Below are positions 27,940 through 37,104 of a stretch of 48,799 nt of DNA, piece by piece. Numbering within the stretch: position 1 is the first letter of the stretch; the number at the start of each line of letters is the position of its first letter. This stretch comes from Actinomycetota bacterium. GTDB lineage: Bacteria > Actinomycetota > UBA4738 > HRBIN12. The notes under the pieces are model-generated. The model was not told the origin of the DNA. It was given only the letters and a program-made list of their open reading frames with translations, and made no database searches. The stretch is taken from assembly GCA_035637835.1 (NCBI GenBank), contig DASPWN010000310.1, positions 1-48,799 on the forward strand. The letters are read 5' to 3'. The position numbers were made by a program, and so were the translations under genes.

Positions 27940-28093
27940 GTGCATTTGAGAGGCTCTTTCAGGAAAACGATCTGTTCGACTTGTGCCTTAGACGTGACTG
28001 ACACGAACCACGACGAAGCTTTCCGGCTGGGGGGCATGAGGGACCCGAGGGTTCCCCAGCGCCCTAGCTAGCTTTCGAACCATTCGGACGCAC

Positions 28094-28134
28094 GGCCGAA
28101 CAGAGGCCTGACCGGCCTCTGTTCGGCCTTTTTT
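28094..28134 (+). terminator. strong intrinsic terminator 9 nt upstream of the rny SD
   Basis: GGCCGAACAGAGGCC-tgacc-GGCCTCTGTTCGGCC is a 15-bp perfect stem, followed by TTTTTT. The GGAGG SD is at 28144-28148 and the rny ATG is at 28157. Confidence 0.85.
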
Positions 28135-28156
28135 CTCATACCTGGAGGCAACCGAG

Positions 28157-29689
28157 ATGGGATCTGCATTCGTGGTCATCATGGTCTTTGTGTCCGGCGT
28201 CGCGCTGGGCTTTCTGATCCGGGCGGCGTTCGCCCAGACCAAGGCTCTGAGCGCTGAGTCACGGGCCCAGAAGGTCATCCTCGAGGCCGAGCGGGAGGCG
28301 GAGAAGCTCACCCGCGAGGCGCTCGGCGAGGTCAAGGACGAGATCAGCGGCATGCGGAGGGAAGCGGAGCAGGAGGTCCGCTCCCGGCGTGAGGAGATGA
28401 AGCGTTCGGAGCAGCGCCTCACCCAGAAGGAGGAGGCGATCGAGAACAAGCTCGCCGACGTTGAGACGCGGTCGACGGAGATGGACGACCGCGACAAGAA
28501 GCTCCAGAAGGTGCGCCAGCAACTGGAGCAGGCGGCGGAGCAGCACCGCCAGCAACTCGAGGCGGTAGCCAGGATGACGTCGCAGGAGGCCAAAGAGGCG
28601 CTTGTCACTCAGGTCGTCGACGAGGCCAAGCGCCAGGCCATGGCCACCGTTCGGGAGATCGAGAACCAAGCTCGGGAGGAAGGAGAGCAGCGAGCCAGAA
28701 AGATCGTGACCATCGCCATCCAGCGGGTGGCCTCGGAGCAGACCGCCGAATCGACCGTCTCGGTGTTCTCCCTTCCGTCGGAGGACATGAAGGGTCGGAT
28801 CATCGGCCGGGAGGGTCGCAACATCAGGGCTTTCGAGGCCGTGACCGGGGTGAACCTCATCATCGACGACACCCCGGAGGCCGTCGTCCTGTCGTGCTTC
28901 GACCCCGTCCGGCGTGAGACGGCCCGCATGACCTTGGAGAAGCTCGTGTCCGACGGCCGAATCCACCCGGCCCGTATCGAGGAGACGTACGAGCGCTCCC
29001 AGAAGGAGATCGACGAGCAGATCAAGCGGGCCGGCGAGGAGGCGGTGATGGAGGTCGGGGTCACCGACATGCATCCCGATCTGGTGAAGCTCCTGGGCCG
29101 GCTCCAGTTCCGGACCTCGTACGGGCAGAACGTCCTGAAGCACCTGGTCGAGTCCGCTCACATCGCCGGCTCCATCGCCGCCGAGCTCGGCCTGGACCAG
29201 CGGGTACCCAAGCGGGGCGCGCTGCTGCACGACATCGGTAAGGCGGTGACCCACGAGGTCGAGGGGTCCCACGCCATCATCGGGGCGGAGATCGCCCGCA
29301 GGCTGCGGGAGGCGCCCGAGGTCGTGCACTGTATCGAGTCCCACCACGGCGAGGTGGAGCAGCGGACGATCGAGGCCGTCTTGGCCCAGATCGCCGACGG
29401 CATCTCTGGCGGGCGGCCCGGAGCGCGGCGGGAGAGCCTGGAGACCTACATCAAGCGCCTGGAGCGGCTGGAGGAGATCTGCTCCTCCTACCCCGGGGTG
29501 GAGAAGACCTATGCCATGCAGGCCGGGCGGGAGGTCCGGGTGATGGTCAAGCCCGTCGACATCGACGACCTCCAGGCTCAGGTGATGGCCCGCGACATCG
29601 CCAAACAGGTGGAGGAGGAGCTCCAGTACCCGGGCCAGATCAAGATCACCGTGGTGCGCGAGACCCGGGCGGTCGAGTTCGCGCGGTGA
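28157..29689 (+). CDS. rny: ribonuclease Y
   Basis: N-terminal TM helix, a long coiled coil, a KH domain (GRIIGREGRNIRAFE) and an HD domain (LLHDIGKA...ESHHG). Confidence 0.95.
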   Translation: MGSAFVVIMVFVSGVALGFLIRAAFAQTKALSAESRAQKVILEAEREAEKLTREALGEVKDEISGMRREAEQEVRSRREEMKRSEQRLTQKEEAIENKLADVETRSTEMDDRDKKLQKVRQQLEQAAEQHRQQLEAVARMTSQEAKEALVTQVVDEAKRQAMATVREIENQAREEGEQRARKIVTIAIQRVASEQTAESTVSVFSLPSEDMKGRIIGREGRNIRAFEAVTGVNLIIDDTPEAVVLSCFDPVRRETARMTLEKLVSDGRIHPARIEETYERSQKEIDEQIKRAGEEAVMEVGVTDMHPDLVKLLGRLQFRTSYGQNVLKHLVESAHIAGSIAAELGLDQRVPKRGALLHDIGKAVTHEVEGSHAIIGAEIARRLREAPEVVHCIESHHGEVEQRTIEAVLAQIADGISGGRPGARRESLETYIKRLERLEEICSSYPGVEKTYAMQAGREVRVMVKPVDIDDLQAQVMARDIAKQVEEELQYPGQIKITVVRETRAVEFAR

Positions 29690-29717
29690 TCAGCGGTCCC
29701 GGCGGGGGTAGCCTGGG

Positions 29718-31094
29718 GTGGCGATGAGTGGCCGGTATGTGATCCGTACCTTCGGGTGCCAGATGAACGAGCACGACTCCGAGCGGATCGCCGGCCTGCT
29801 CGAGTCCGACGGCTACGTCCGAGCCGAGGACGCAACCGAGGCTCAGGTGGTCGTGTTGAACACGTGCGCCGTGCGGGAGAACGCCGACAACCGGCTGTAC
29901 GGCAACCTCGGACACCTGCGGCCCCTGAAGCAGGCGAACCCGCGCCTGCGGATCGTGGTGGCGGGATGCCTCGCCCAGAAGGACCGCGGCCAGATCCAGG
30001 AGCGGGCCCCGTGGGTCGACGTGGTGGTTGGGACCCACGCGTTGCCTGGATTGCTCGAGCTTCTGCTGCGAGCCGAGACCGAGGGCCCCCAGATGGACGT
30101 CCGGGAGTTCACGGAGGTGTTCCCCAGCGCGCTCCCGGCCCGCCGCGAGGTGGCCCATCACGCATGGGTGTCGATCGCCATGGGATGCGACAACCACTGC
30201 ACGTTCTGCATCGTGCCGCTGGTCCGGGGGCCGCAGCTGTCGCGGGAGATCGGCGACGTCCTGGCCGAGGTGCAGGGCCTGGCCCGTCGCGGAGTCGTGG
30301 AGCTCACGCTCCTCGGACAGAACGTGAACACCTACGGGCGGGACCTCACGGTGCCGGGGTCCAGCAGGAAGCCGCTGTTCGCCAACCTGCTTCGGACCGT
30401 CAACGACGTGGAGGGGATCCGCCGCATCCGGTTCACAAGCCCGCACCCGCACGACTTCACCCCCGATGTCGTCGAGGCCATGGCGGAGTGCGAGAAGGTG
30501 TGCGAGCACATCCATTTCCCGCTCCAGTCGGGTTCGGACCGGATCCTACGGGCCATGCAGCGGTCCTACCGGAGCGAGCGGTACCTCTCATGGCTGGATC
30601 GGATCCGCGACGGGATCCCCGGCGTGGCCGTCACCACCGACATCATCGTGGGCTTCCCGGGGGAGACCGAGGAGGATTTCCGTGGAACGCTCGACGTGGT
30701 GGGCGCCGCCCGGTTCGACCAGGCGTACACGTTCCAGTACTCGCCTCGGCCGGGGACCGCGGCGGCCACGATGCCGCACCAGTTCCCCAAGGAGGTCGTC
30801 CAGGAGCGGTTCGACCGGCTCGTCCAGGTGCAGGAGTCGATCTCGCTCGAGCGCATGCGGGCGACGGTCGGCCGCACGTTCGAGGTCCTGGTGGAGGGCG
30901 TGGGCCGAAAGGGTGGGGTCCAGGGCCGGACCCGGACCAACAAGGTGGTCCATGTGCCGGGGACGATCGCTCCCGGGACGTTCCTTGATGCCCGGATCGT
31001 GGCGGCGCACCCCCACCACCTGAGCGGCGAAGTGATCCGCGTGGAGGAGTCCGCAGCGGCCGGCTCGCCCCGCGAGCCCGCGGCCGCCCGCTGA
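29718..31094 (+). CDS. miaB: tRNA-i6A37 methylthiotransferase
   Basis: RTFGCQMNEHDSE (UPF0004 domain), radical-SAM CDNHCTFC, and a TRAM domain. ATG 29724 is an alternative start. Confidence 0.95.
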   Translation: MAMSGRYVIRTFGCQMNEHDSERIAGLLESDGYVRAEDATEAQVVVLNTCAVRENADNRLYGNLGHLRPLKQANPRLRIVVAGCLAQKDRGQIQERAPWVDVVVGTHALPGLLELLLRAETEGPQMDVREFTEVFPSALPARREVAHHAWVSIAMGCDNHCTFCIVPLVRGPQLSREIGDVLAEVQGLARRGVVELTLLGQNVNTYGRDLTVPGSSRKPLFANLLRTVNDVEGIRRIRFTSPHPHDFTPDVVEAMAECEKVCEHIHFPLQSGSDRILRAMQRSYRSERYLSWLDRIRDGIPGVAVTTDIIVGFPGETEEDFRGTLDVVGAARFDQAYTFQYSPRPGTAAATMPHQFPKEVVQERFDRLVQVQESISLERMRATVGRTFEVLVEGVGRKGGVQGRTRTNKVVHVPGTIAPGTFLDARIVAAHPHHLSGEVIRVEESAAAGSPREPAAAR

Positions 31095-32020
31095 TGCCCG
31101 GGGCGCGACCGTTCCTCGCGCTCGTTGGACCGACCGCCTCTGGAAAGAGCGAGGCCGCCATGGCCCTCACCAGGCGGCTGGGGGCCGAGATCGTCTCGGT
31201 GGACTCGATGCTCGTGTACCGGGGGATGGACGTTGGGACGGCCAAGCCGACCGCAGCGGAGCGAACGGGGATCTCGCATCACCTGGTGGATGTGGCCGAG
31301 CCCGAGGAGCCATTCTCGGTGGCTCGGTACCAGCAGCTCGCCCGGGCCGTCGTGGAGAGCGTCGATGCGCGAGGCCGCCGGGTCCTGTTGGTCGGCGGCT
31401 CCGGCCTGTACTTCCGGGCCATCGTCGATGAGCTCGAGTTCCCTGCGACCGACCCGGAAGCTCGCGACGAGCTTCGGGCCGAGGCCGAGGCTCTCGGACC
31501 GGATCGCCTTCACCGGCGCCTTGCGGAGCTCGATCCGGCCGCCGCCGCCCGGATCGAGCCGACCAACGTCCGACGGACGGTTCGGGCACTCGAGGTGGCC
31601 GCGGTCACCGGGCGCCCGTTCTCGAGCTACGCGGTCCGGTGGGAGCGCTACCCGGATGAACGCGTTCGGGCCGCAGGGATCGACATTCCACGGGACGTCT
31701 TGGCCCGTCGTATCGAGGCGCGCGTCCGAGCGATGGTCGACGCCGGCCTGCTCGACGAGGTACGGGCGCTGCTCGACCGAGGCCTGTTCGGATGGCTGAC
31801 CGCCAGTCGGGCCATCGGGTACGCTGAATTCGCGGGGTACCTCCGAGGCGAGATCACGCTCGCGGATGCAACCGCGGAGACGGTGCGGCGGACGAGGGAA
31901 CTGGCCCGACGCCAGATGGTCTGGTTCCGACGAGACCCCCGGATCCGGTGGTTCCCCGCCGGCGAGGGCGGTGCGATCGGCGTTGTGGACGAGGTGACGG
32001 AGTACCTCCAGGGTGACTGA
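31094..32020 (+). CDS. miaA: tRNA dimethylallyltransferase
   Basis: LVGPTASGKS P-loop and VSVDSMLVYRGMDVGTAKP. TGATG overlap with miaB. Confidence 0.93.
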   Translation: MPGARPFLALVGPTASGKSEAAMALTRRLGAEIVSVDSMLVYRGMDVGTAKPTAAERTGISHHLVDVAEPEEPFSVARYQQLARAVVESVDARGRRVLLVGGSGLYFRAIVDELEFPATDPEARDELRAEAEALGPDRLHRRLAELDPAAAARIEPTNVRRTVRALEVAAVTGRPFSSYAVRWERYPDERVRAAGIDIPRDVLARRIEARVRAMVDAGLLDEVRALLDRGLFGWLTASRAIGYAEFAGYLRGEITLADATAETVRRTRELARRQMVWFRRDPRIRWFPAGEGGAIGVVDEVTEYLQGD

Positions 32021-32900
32021 GCTGCGGATCTGGAAGTACCACGGGACCGGCAACGACTTCGTCATGCTCGAGGACCTCGATGGCAAACGTCCCCTGTCCT
32101 CTCGGCTCGTCGCGGCGCTGTGCGACCGGCGGTTCGGCGTCGGTGCCGACGGGGTGATCCGTGTGACGCGCCCCTCCGCCGACGTCCCCGCGCTGCCACA
32201 TGGTGACTTCTTCATGGACTACTGGAACGCCGACGGCAGCGTGGCGGAGATGTGCGGCAACGGCGTGCGTTGCCTGGCCAAGTTCGTGTTCGAGCGGGGG
32301 CACACGAGCCAGACCGAGCTCGACATCGCGACCCGCGACGGCGTGAAGCACGTCTCGCTCGATGTACGTGAGGGAGTGGTTCGATCGGTCACCGTGGGCA
32401 TGGGGACGCCGGCTTTCGCCCGCTCCCAGATCCCGATGGTGGGCCCGGCCAACGAGCCGTACCTTGCGGAGCCCTTCGATGTGCTGGGCCTCACGTTCAA
32501 GGCGAGCGCGGTGTCGATGGGCAACCCACATCTCGTCCTGTTCGTGGACGACGACCCGGCCCGGTCGGACGTGGCCCGGATCGGCCCGGCCGCCGAGAAC
32601 GACGCCATGTTCCCGGAGAAAGCGAACGTGGAGTTCGTCGCGGTAGCCGGCGACGGGCTGAGCGTCCGAGTGTGGGAGCGAGGCGTGGGGGAGACCATGG
32701 CCTGCGGGACCGGGGCCTGCGCCGCGCTCGTGGCCGCGAACGAGGCGGGCCTCGTCCCCGTCCGTTCGGAGGTTCGGTTCCCCGGAGGCACCGTCACCGT
32801 GGAGCGCACCGCCGACGACGTCCTGCTGACCGGACCGGCCGAGCGCGTGTTCGAGGCCACGCTCGACGATGCCTGGCTGCGGTCGCGAGGGCTGGCGTGA
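32013..32900 (+). CDS. dapF: diaminopimelate epimerase
   Basis: KYHGTGNDFVML, with the two catalytic Cys in MCGNGVRC and ETMACGTGACA. 8-nt overlap with miaA. Confidence 0.93.
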   Translation: MTELRIWKYHGTGNDFVMLEDLDGKRPLSSRLVAALCDRRFGVGADGVIRVTRPSADVPALPHGDFFMDYWNADGSVAEMCGNGVRCLAKFVFERGHTSQTELDIATRDGVKHVSLDVREGVVRSVTVGMGTPAFARSQIPMVGPANEPYLAEPFDVLGLTFKASAVSMGNPHLVLFVDDDPARSDVARIGPAAENDAMFPEKANVEFVAVAGDGLSVRVWERGVGETMACGTGACAALVAANEAGLVPVRSEVRFPGGTVTVERTADDVLLTGPAERVFEATLDDAWLRSRGLA

Positions 32901-34051
32901 GGGTCGCGCGGCGGATCGAGTCGCTGCCCCCGTACCTGTTCGCGGTGTTGGACGGGAAGCTCGCGGCGAAGCGGGCGGAGGGGATCGACGTGATTTCGCT
33001 CGGCGTCGGCGATCCCGATCTGCCGACACCGCCGCATATCGTGGAAGCCATGCGAGAGGCCGTGCGCGATCCGGCCACCCATCGGTATCCCTCCTATTGG
33101 GGGAGCATCGAGTTCCGCGAGGCGGTCGCGGCCTGGTACCGGAGCCGGTTCGGCGTCGACCTCGATCCCGCGGCCGAGGTGCTCGCCCTCATCGGATCGA
33201 AGGAGGGCCTCGGCCACCTGCCACTCGCGTTCGTGGATCCCGGCGATGAAACGCTCGTCCCAGATCCCGGCTACCCGGTCTACGGGGTGTCGACGCGCCT
33301 GGCCGGCGGGACGCCGGTGCCACTGCCGCTCCTCGCGGAGGAGGGCTATCAGCCCGACCTCGACGGCGCGCCCGTCTCCGGCCGGACAAAGATGCTGTGG
33401 CTGAACTACCCGAGCAACCCCACCGCGGCCGTGGCCGATGGGGCCACCTTCCAGCGGGCGGTGGCCTTTGCGCGCCGTCATGACCTGGTGCTCGCCCACG
33501 ACGCCGCATACTCGGAGATCACGTTCGACGGCTACGTCGCGCCGTCGATCCTGCAGGTTCCCGGGGCGAAGGACGTCGCGCTCGAGTTCGGCTCGACGTC
33601 GAAGTTCTACAACATGACCGGGTGGAGGATCGGATGGTGCGCGGGGAGTGCGGAGGCCATCCGGGCGCTGTCGGTGGTCAAGACCAACCTGGACTCGGGC
33701 CAGTTCACGGCGATCCAGCGGGCGGCCATCACCGCGCTCACGGGACCCCAGGACCATCTGGATGAGCTCCGCGCCGTGTACCAGCGACGGCGCGACGTGG
33801 TGGTGGGCACGCTGAACTCGCTCGGGTGGTCCCTCAAGCCGCCCCTCGGGTCGGTGTACGTGTGGGCGCCGGCGCCCGACGGCACGTCCTCGGTCGACTT
33901 CGCCGACCTGCTCCTTGATCGGGCCGGCGTATTCGTGGCCCCGGGCAACGGGTACGGGCAACGCGGTGAGGGCTATGTCCGGATCTCGCTGACCGCCCCC
34001 GACGACCGGCTGGCAGAGGCCATGGACCGCATCGCCCGGGTGCTCGGCTGA
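32897..34051 (+). CDS. dapL: class-I aminotransferase, probably LL-diaminopimelate aminotransferase
   Basis: ESLPPYLFAVLD...ISLGVGDPDLPTP...YPSYWGS...STSKFYNMTGWRIG (the PLP-binding Lys) resembles DapL-type enzymes. GTGA overlap with dapF. The substrate assignment is an inference. Confidence 0.65.
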   Translation: MRVARRIESLPPYLFAVLDGKLAAKRAEGIDVISLGVGDPDLPTPPHIVEAMREAVRDPATHRYPSYWGSIEFREAVAAWYRSRFGVDLDPAAEVLALIGSKEGLGHLPLAFVDPGDETLVPDPGYPVYGVSTRLAGGTPVPLPLLAEEGYQPDLDGAPVSGRTKMLWLNYPSNPTAAVADGATFQRAVAFARRHDLVLAHDAAYSEITFDGYVAPSILQVPGAKDVALEFGSTSKFYNMTGWRIGWCAGSAEAIRALSVVKTNLDSGQFTAIQRAAITALTGPQDHLDELRAVYQRRRDVVVGTLNSLGWSLKPPLGSVYVWAPAPDGTSSVDFADLLLDRAGVFVAPGNGYGQRGEGYVRISLTAPDDRLAEAMDRIARVLG

Positions 34052-35382
34052 TGGCCCAGCGGAACGGGAAACGACGCCGAACGACCGTCCTCGAATCGCC
34101 CCTCTCGGCTACGTGGACGCCTCGGGTCCGGGAGCGTGCTGTGCTGGTCGGGGTGGGGCGGGGGATCGACGCGTCGGACCTCGACGAGCTGGCCGCCCTG
34201 GCCGATTCGGCAGGGGCAGAGCCGGTCTCGCGCATCGTCCAGACCCGGTCCGATCCCGATCCCGCGACGTTCGTGGGCAAGGGCAAGCTCGAGGAGATCC
34301 ACCGGGCGGTCCATTCGACCGGGGCCGACGCCGTGATCCTGGACGACGAGCTCACGCCGGGCCAGCTCCGGAACCTGGAGGGGCGGCTGGGGACAAAGGT
34401 GATCGACCGGACCGCCCTCATCCTCGACATCTTCGCCCTGCACGCCAGGTCCCGGGAGGGCAAGGCCCAGGTGGAGTTGGCGCAGCTCAATTACCTCTTG
34501 CCCAGGCTCCGCGGATGGGGGGAAGCCATGTCCCGGCTGGGAGGTGGCATCGGCACTCGCGGGCCGGGCGAGACAAAGCTCGAGGTGGACCGGCAACACA
34601 TTAAGCGGCGGATCTCCAAGCTCCGGCGGGACATCAAGGACCTGGCGCGCACGCGCGACGTGAAGCGAACCCGCCGCGAGGGCTCCGGCGTCCAGCAGAT
34701 CGCCATCGCTGGCTACACGAACGCCGGCAAGTCGACGCTCATGAACGCGCTTACCGAGGCAGGGGTGCTGGTGGCTGACCAGCTGTTCGCAACCCTCGAC
34801 CCCACGATCCGGCGGATCGCACTGCCCGGCGGGCGGCACGCCACCATCTCGGACACCGTGGGGTTCGTGGGCAAGCTGCCGCACGACCTGGTCGAGGCGT
34901 TCCGTTCGACCCTCGAGGAGGTGACCCGGGCCGACCTCGTTCTGCACGTCGCCGATGCCTCGTCACCCGAGGTCGGGCAACAGGTCGAAGCGGTTCGGGG
35001 CGTCTTGGGCGAGATTGGAGCGGGAGCCATCCCCGAAGTCCTCGCGCTCAACAAGGTGGACGTGGTCTCGGAGATGGACCGGGAGCGTGCGGCTCGACGG
35101 TTCCCGGATGCGGTGGCCATCTCAGCCTTCACCGGTGAGGGAACGGAGGCGCTCCTGGAACGCGTCGCCCTCGAGCTCCCGCGGCCCCCGGTCGAGGTCA
35201 CGCTCCTCGTGCCATACGGGCGGGACGAGGTGATCGCGCTCCTCTACCGAGATGCCGAGGTCCTGAGCACGGAAGCGGGCGCCGATGGAACGCTCGTCTG
35301 GGCTCGGGTGGGCGACCGCGAGCTCGCCGCCGTTGGGGACTACCTGGTCCAGACACGGCGCCGCCGGGCCTCGGGCCTCTGA
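34051..35382 (+). CDS. hflX: GTPase HflX
   Basis: HflX N-terminal domain followed by G motifs (GYTNAGKST, DTVGF, NKVD). TGATG overlap with the aminotransferase gene. Confidence 0.93.
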   Translation: MAQRNGKRRRTTVLESPLSATWTPRVRERAVLVGVGRGIDASDLDELAALADSAGAEPVSRIVQTRSDPDPATFVGKGKLEEIHRAVHSTGADAVILDDELTPGQLRNLEGRLGTKVIDRTALILDIFALHARSREGKAQVELAQLNYLLPRLRGWGEAMSRLGGGIGTRGPGETKLEVDRQHIKRRISKLRRDIKDLARTRDVKRTRREGSGVQQIAIAGYTNAGKSTLMNALTEAGVLVADQLFATLDPTIRRIALPGGRHATISDTVGFVGKLPHDLVEAFRSTLEEVTRADLVLHVADASSPEVGQQVEAVRGVLGEIGAGAIPEVLALNKVDVVSEMDRERAARRFPDAVAISAFTGEGTEALLERVALELPRPPVEVTLLVPYGRDEVIALLYRDAEVLSTEAGADGTLVWARVGDRELAAVGDYLVQTRRRRASGL

Positions 35383-35412
35383 GCTGCTGAGATGGGTGGC
35401 TGAACCGCCGGT

Positions 35413-36387
35413 TTACTTCGGCCCGATGGCCCACAGTCCCGGGTCGTCCCAGGCACCCGTGATCACGCGGTCCGGGTTCTGCCCTCGGGCCTCGGCGAAC
35501 CGCAGGGCGAGGACCTGCAGGCGAACCGTGAGCGGGATCTGTGCCAGGAGTGGGGGCAGGTCGGCCGGCTCCGACAGAGCGGTGACCCGTATCCCTTCAC
35601 GCTGGGCAACATCACCCACGGCCCGGACCAGCCCGTCGGTGTCGGGAGGTGACAATGCGACGAGGTGATCGTCGCTTCCGAGCGGAACGGCAGAGCCGTG
35701 GAGCAGGTACTCGACGTCGTATCCCTCGGCCGGGAACCGTGAGGCCTCGCGCAACTTCAGCGCGCCCTCTCGCGCCGTGACCGAGGCCGGCCCCTCCCCG
35801 AAGAGCACGAGGAGGCGGCCGGGGGCGAGGATCCGGTCCAAGCCCGGGTCCCGGATCGCCTCCGCAACCGCCTGAGGTACCTTGGCAATCGCGTCGGGGC
35901 TCAGGCTCTCGGCACCCAGCGCGTTCGCGATTCGGGCCAGCAGCAGGAGGACAGCCGTGTAGCTCACGGTGTAGGTCTGCGAAGTCTCCTTGGGGACCGT
36001 CTCCACGGCGTCGGGCAGGTCCGCGCTCTGACGGGTGATCGCGAGCACGCGAAGGCCGGCATCCCTAGCCTGCCGATACGCGGCGGCGGCGTAGGCCGTC
36101 TCCAGGCCCGCGCTGTGACTGATCAGCACCATCCCGTCGCGACGGTCGACCGGCGGTGCCCAGTTGACGAAGTGCATCGACGGGATGGCCTGGGCGCCTC
36201 GGCCGGCCTCGTACAGCATCGCCGCTCCGAGCTCGGCCGCATGAAAGCTCGTGCCGGTGCCCACCAGCCAGATCCGCCGGCACTGGGCCAAGCGCTCGAT
36301 AACCTCATGGCCGATGGGATGCGTCGCCAGGCGATCGAGCTCCTGGGGTTGCGAACGAATCTGGCTCTCCAGCGCCGTCTGCGACAT
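35413..36387 (-). CDS. SIS (sugar isomerase) double-domain protein
   Basis: VGTGTSFHAA is a SIS phosphosugar-binding motif. 324 aa with two SIS-like halves (GlmS-isomerase/AgaS-like). Confidence 0.7.
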   Translation of the reverse strand: MSQTALESQIRSQPQELDRLATHPIGHEVIERLAQCRRIWLVGTGTSFHAAELGAAMLYEAGRGAQAIPSMHFVNWAPPVDRRDGMVLISHSAGLETAYAAAAYRQARDAGLRVLAITRQSADLPDAVETVPKETSQTYTVSYTAVLLLLARIANALGAESLSPDAIAKVPQAVAEAIRDPGLDRILAPGRLLVLFGEGPASVTAREGALKLREASRFPAEGYDVEYLLHGSAVPLGSDDHLVALSPPDTDGLVRAVGDVAQREGIRVTALSEPADLPPLLAQIPLTVRLQVLALRFAEARGQNPDRVITGAWDDPGLWAIGPK

Positions 36388-36432
36388 CGCCGGTCCCTTT
36401 CGCCTTCCTTATGAAAGGTATCGGCGCGGAGT

Positions 36433-37053
36433 TTAGAGCTTCCGCAGAACCGCCACGACCTTGCCCAGGATCCGCCCGTTGGTCATCGGGATGGAAGGGA
36501 AGGCGGGGTTCTCCGGATGCAGGGTCACCTTCCCACCCCGCCGCCGAAGGCGCTTGATCGTCGCCTCGTCTTCCGCCACGCCGGGCAGGAGGGCGGCCAC
36601 CACGTCGCCGTCCCCCGCGCTGTCCTGCCGCCGCACCACTACGACATCGCCGTCCAGGATGCCCGCCCCCGTCATCGACTGGCCGGCCACCCGGAGGCCG
36701 AAATGCTCCCCGCCCTTGGCGAAGCCAACGGGCACGGTGAGGTACTCCTCGACGTTCTCGGTCGCAAGGACTGGCGTTCCGGCTGCGATACGGCCGAGGA
36801 CCGGGATGACCACGCCTTCGGGCCTGGTGCTCTCATCGGCAAGCCCGATGGCCCGGGGCTTGGTGGGGTCCTTGTGGAGCAGGCCCTTGCGCTCCAGGTT
36901 CGCCAGCTGGCTGTGGACGCTTGAGGAGGACGTGAGGCCCACCGCCTCGCCGATCTCGCGGACGGTCGGGGGGTAGCCTCGGTCGAGGACCGTGTCGGCG
37001 ATGAACTGCAGGATCCTCCGCTGCCGCGGCGTGAGGTCGTCGGTCTCGGCCAT
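36433..37053 (-). CDS. lexA: SOS repressor LexA
   Basis: MAETDDLTPRQRRILQFIADTV... is a winged HTH. The cleavage site and the S24 Ser/Lys domain are present (VAGQSMTGAGI...RLRR). ATG 37053 is preceded by GGGGAGGG. The track start 37203 lies in the spacer. Confidence 0.95.
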   Translation of the reverse strand: MAETDDLTPRQRRILQFIADTVLDRGYPPTVREIGEAVGLTSSSSVHSQLANLERKGLLHKDPTKPRAIGLADESTRPEGVVIPVLGRIAAGTPVLATENVEEYLTVPVGFAKGGEHFGLRVAGQSMTGAGILDGDVVVVRRQDSAGDGDVVAALLPGVAEDEATIKRLRRRGGKVTLHPENPAFPSIPMTNGRILGKVVAVLRKL

Positions 37054-37074
37054 GTCAGACCCTCCCCATACGCT
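37052..37074 (+). promoter_or_regulatory. RecA-NDp-like promoter motif facing the LysM gene
   Basis: aTGTCAGac-N8-TACGCT. The 8-mer TGTCAGAC and the spacing are the same as upstream of recA. It overlaps the lexA start codon and RBS on the other strand. Confidence 0.5.
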
Positions 37075-37104
37075 CCCGGAGGCTAGCACGAGACGGCAAG
37101 GGAT

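Noticed and set aside
27974-27979. A GTTCGA half-site in the rny leader as a possible SOS box.
   Set aside because: The partner position (27964-27969, AAAACG) does not resemble TCGAAC, so this is only a half-site. The sequence is better explained as the anti-terminator-like octamer.
28036-28071. An 11-codon mini-ORF (MRDPRVPQRPS) inside the rny leader, preceded by a G-run.
   Set aside because: It is too short and unremarkable to call as a leader peptide. It sits inside a predicted helix. I kept it only as a possibility within the leader finding.
9075-33961. Other long antisense or off-frame ORFs, for example 9075..10370(-), 10389..11723(-), 13193..15016(-), 20722..22110(-), 30566..32215(-) and 32219..33961(-).
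   Set aside because: Each lies opposite or out of frame to a confidently identified housekeeping gene, and each has shadow-ORF composition.
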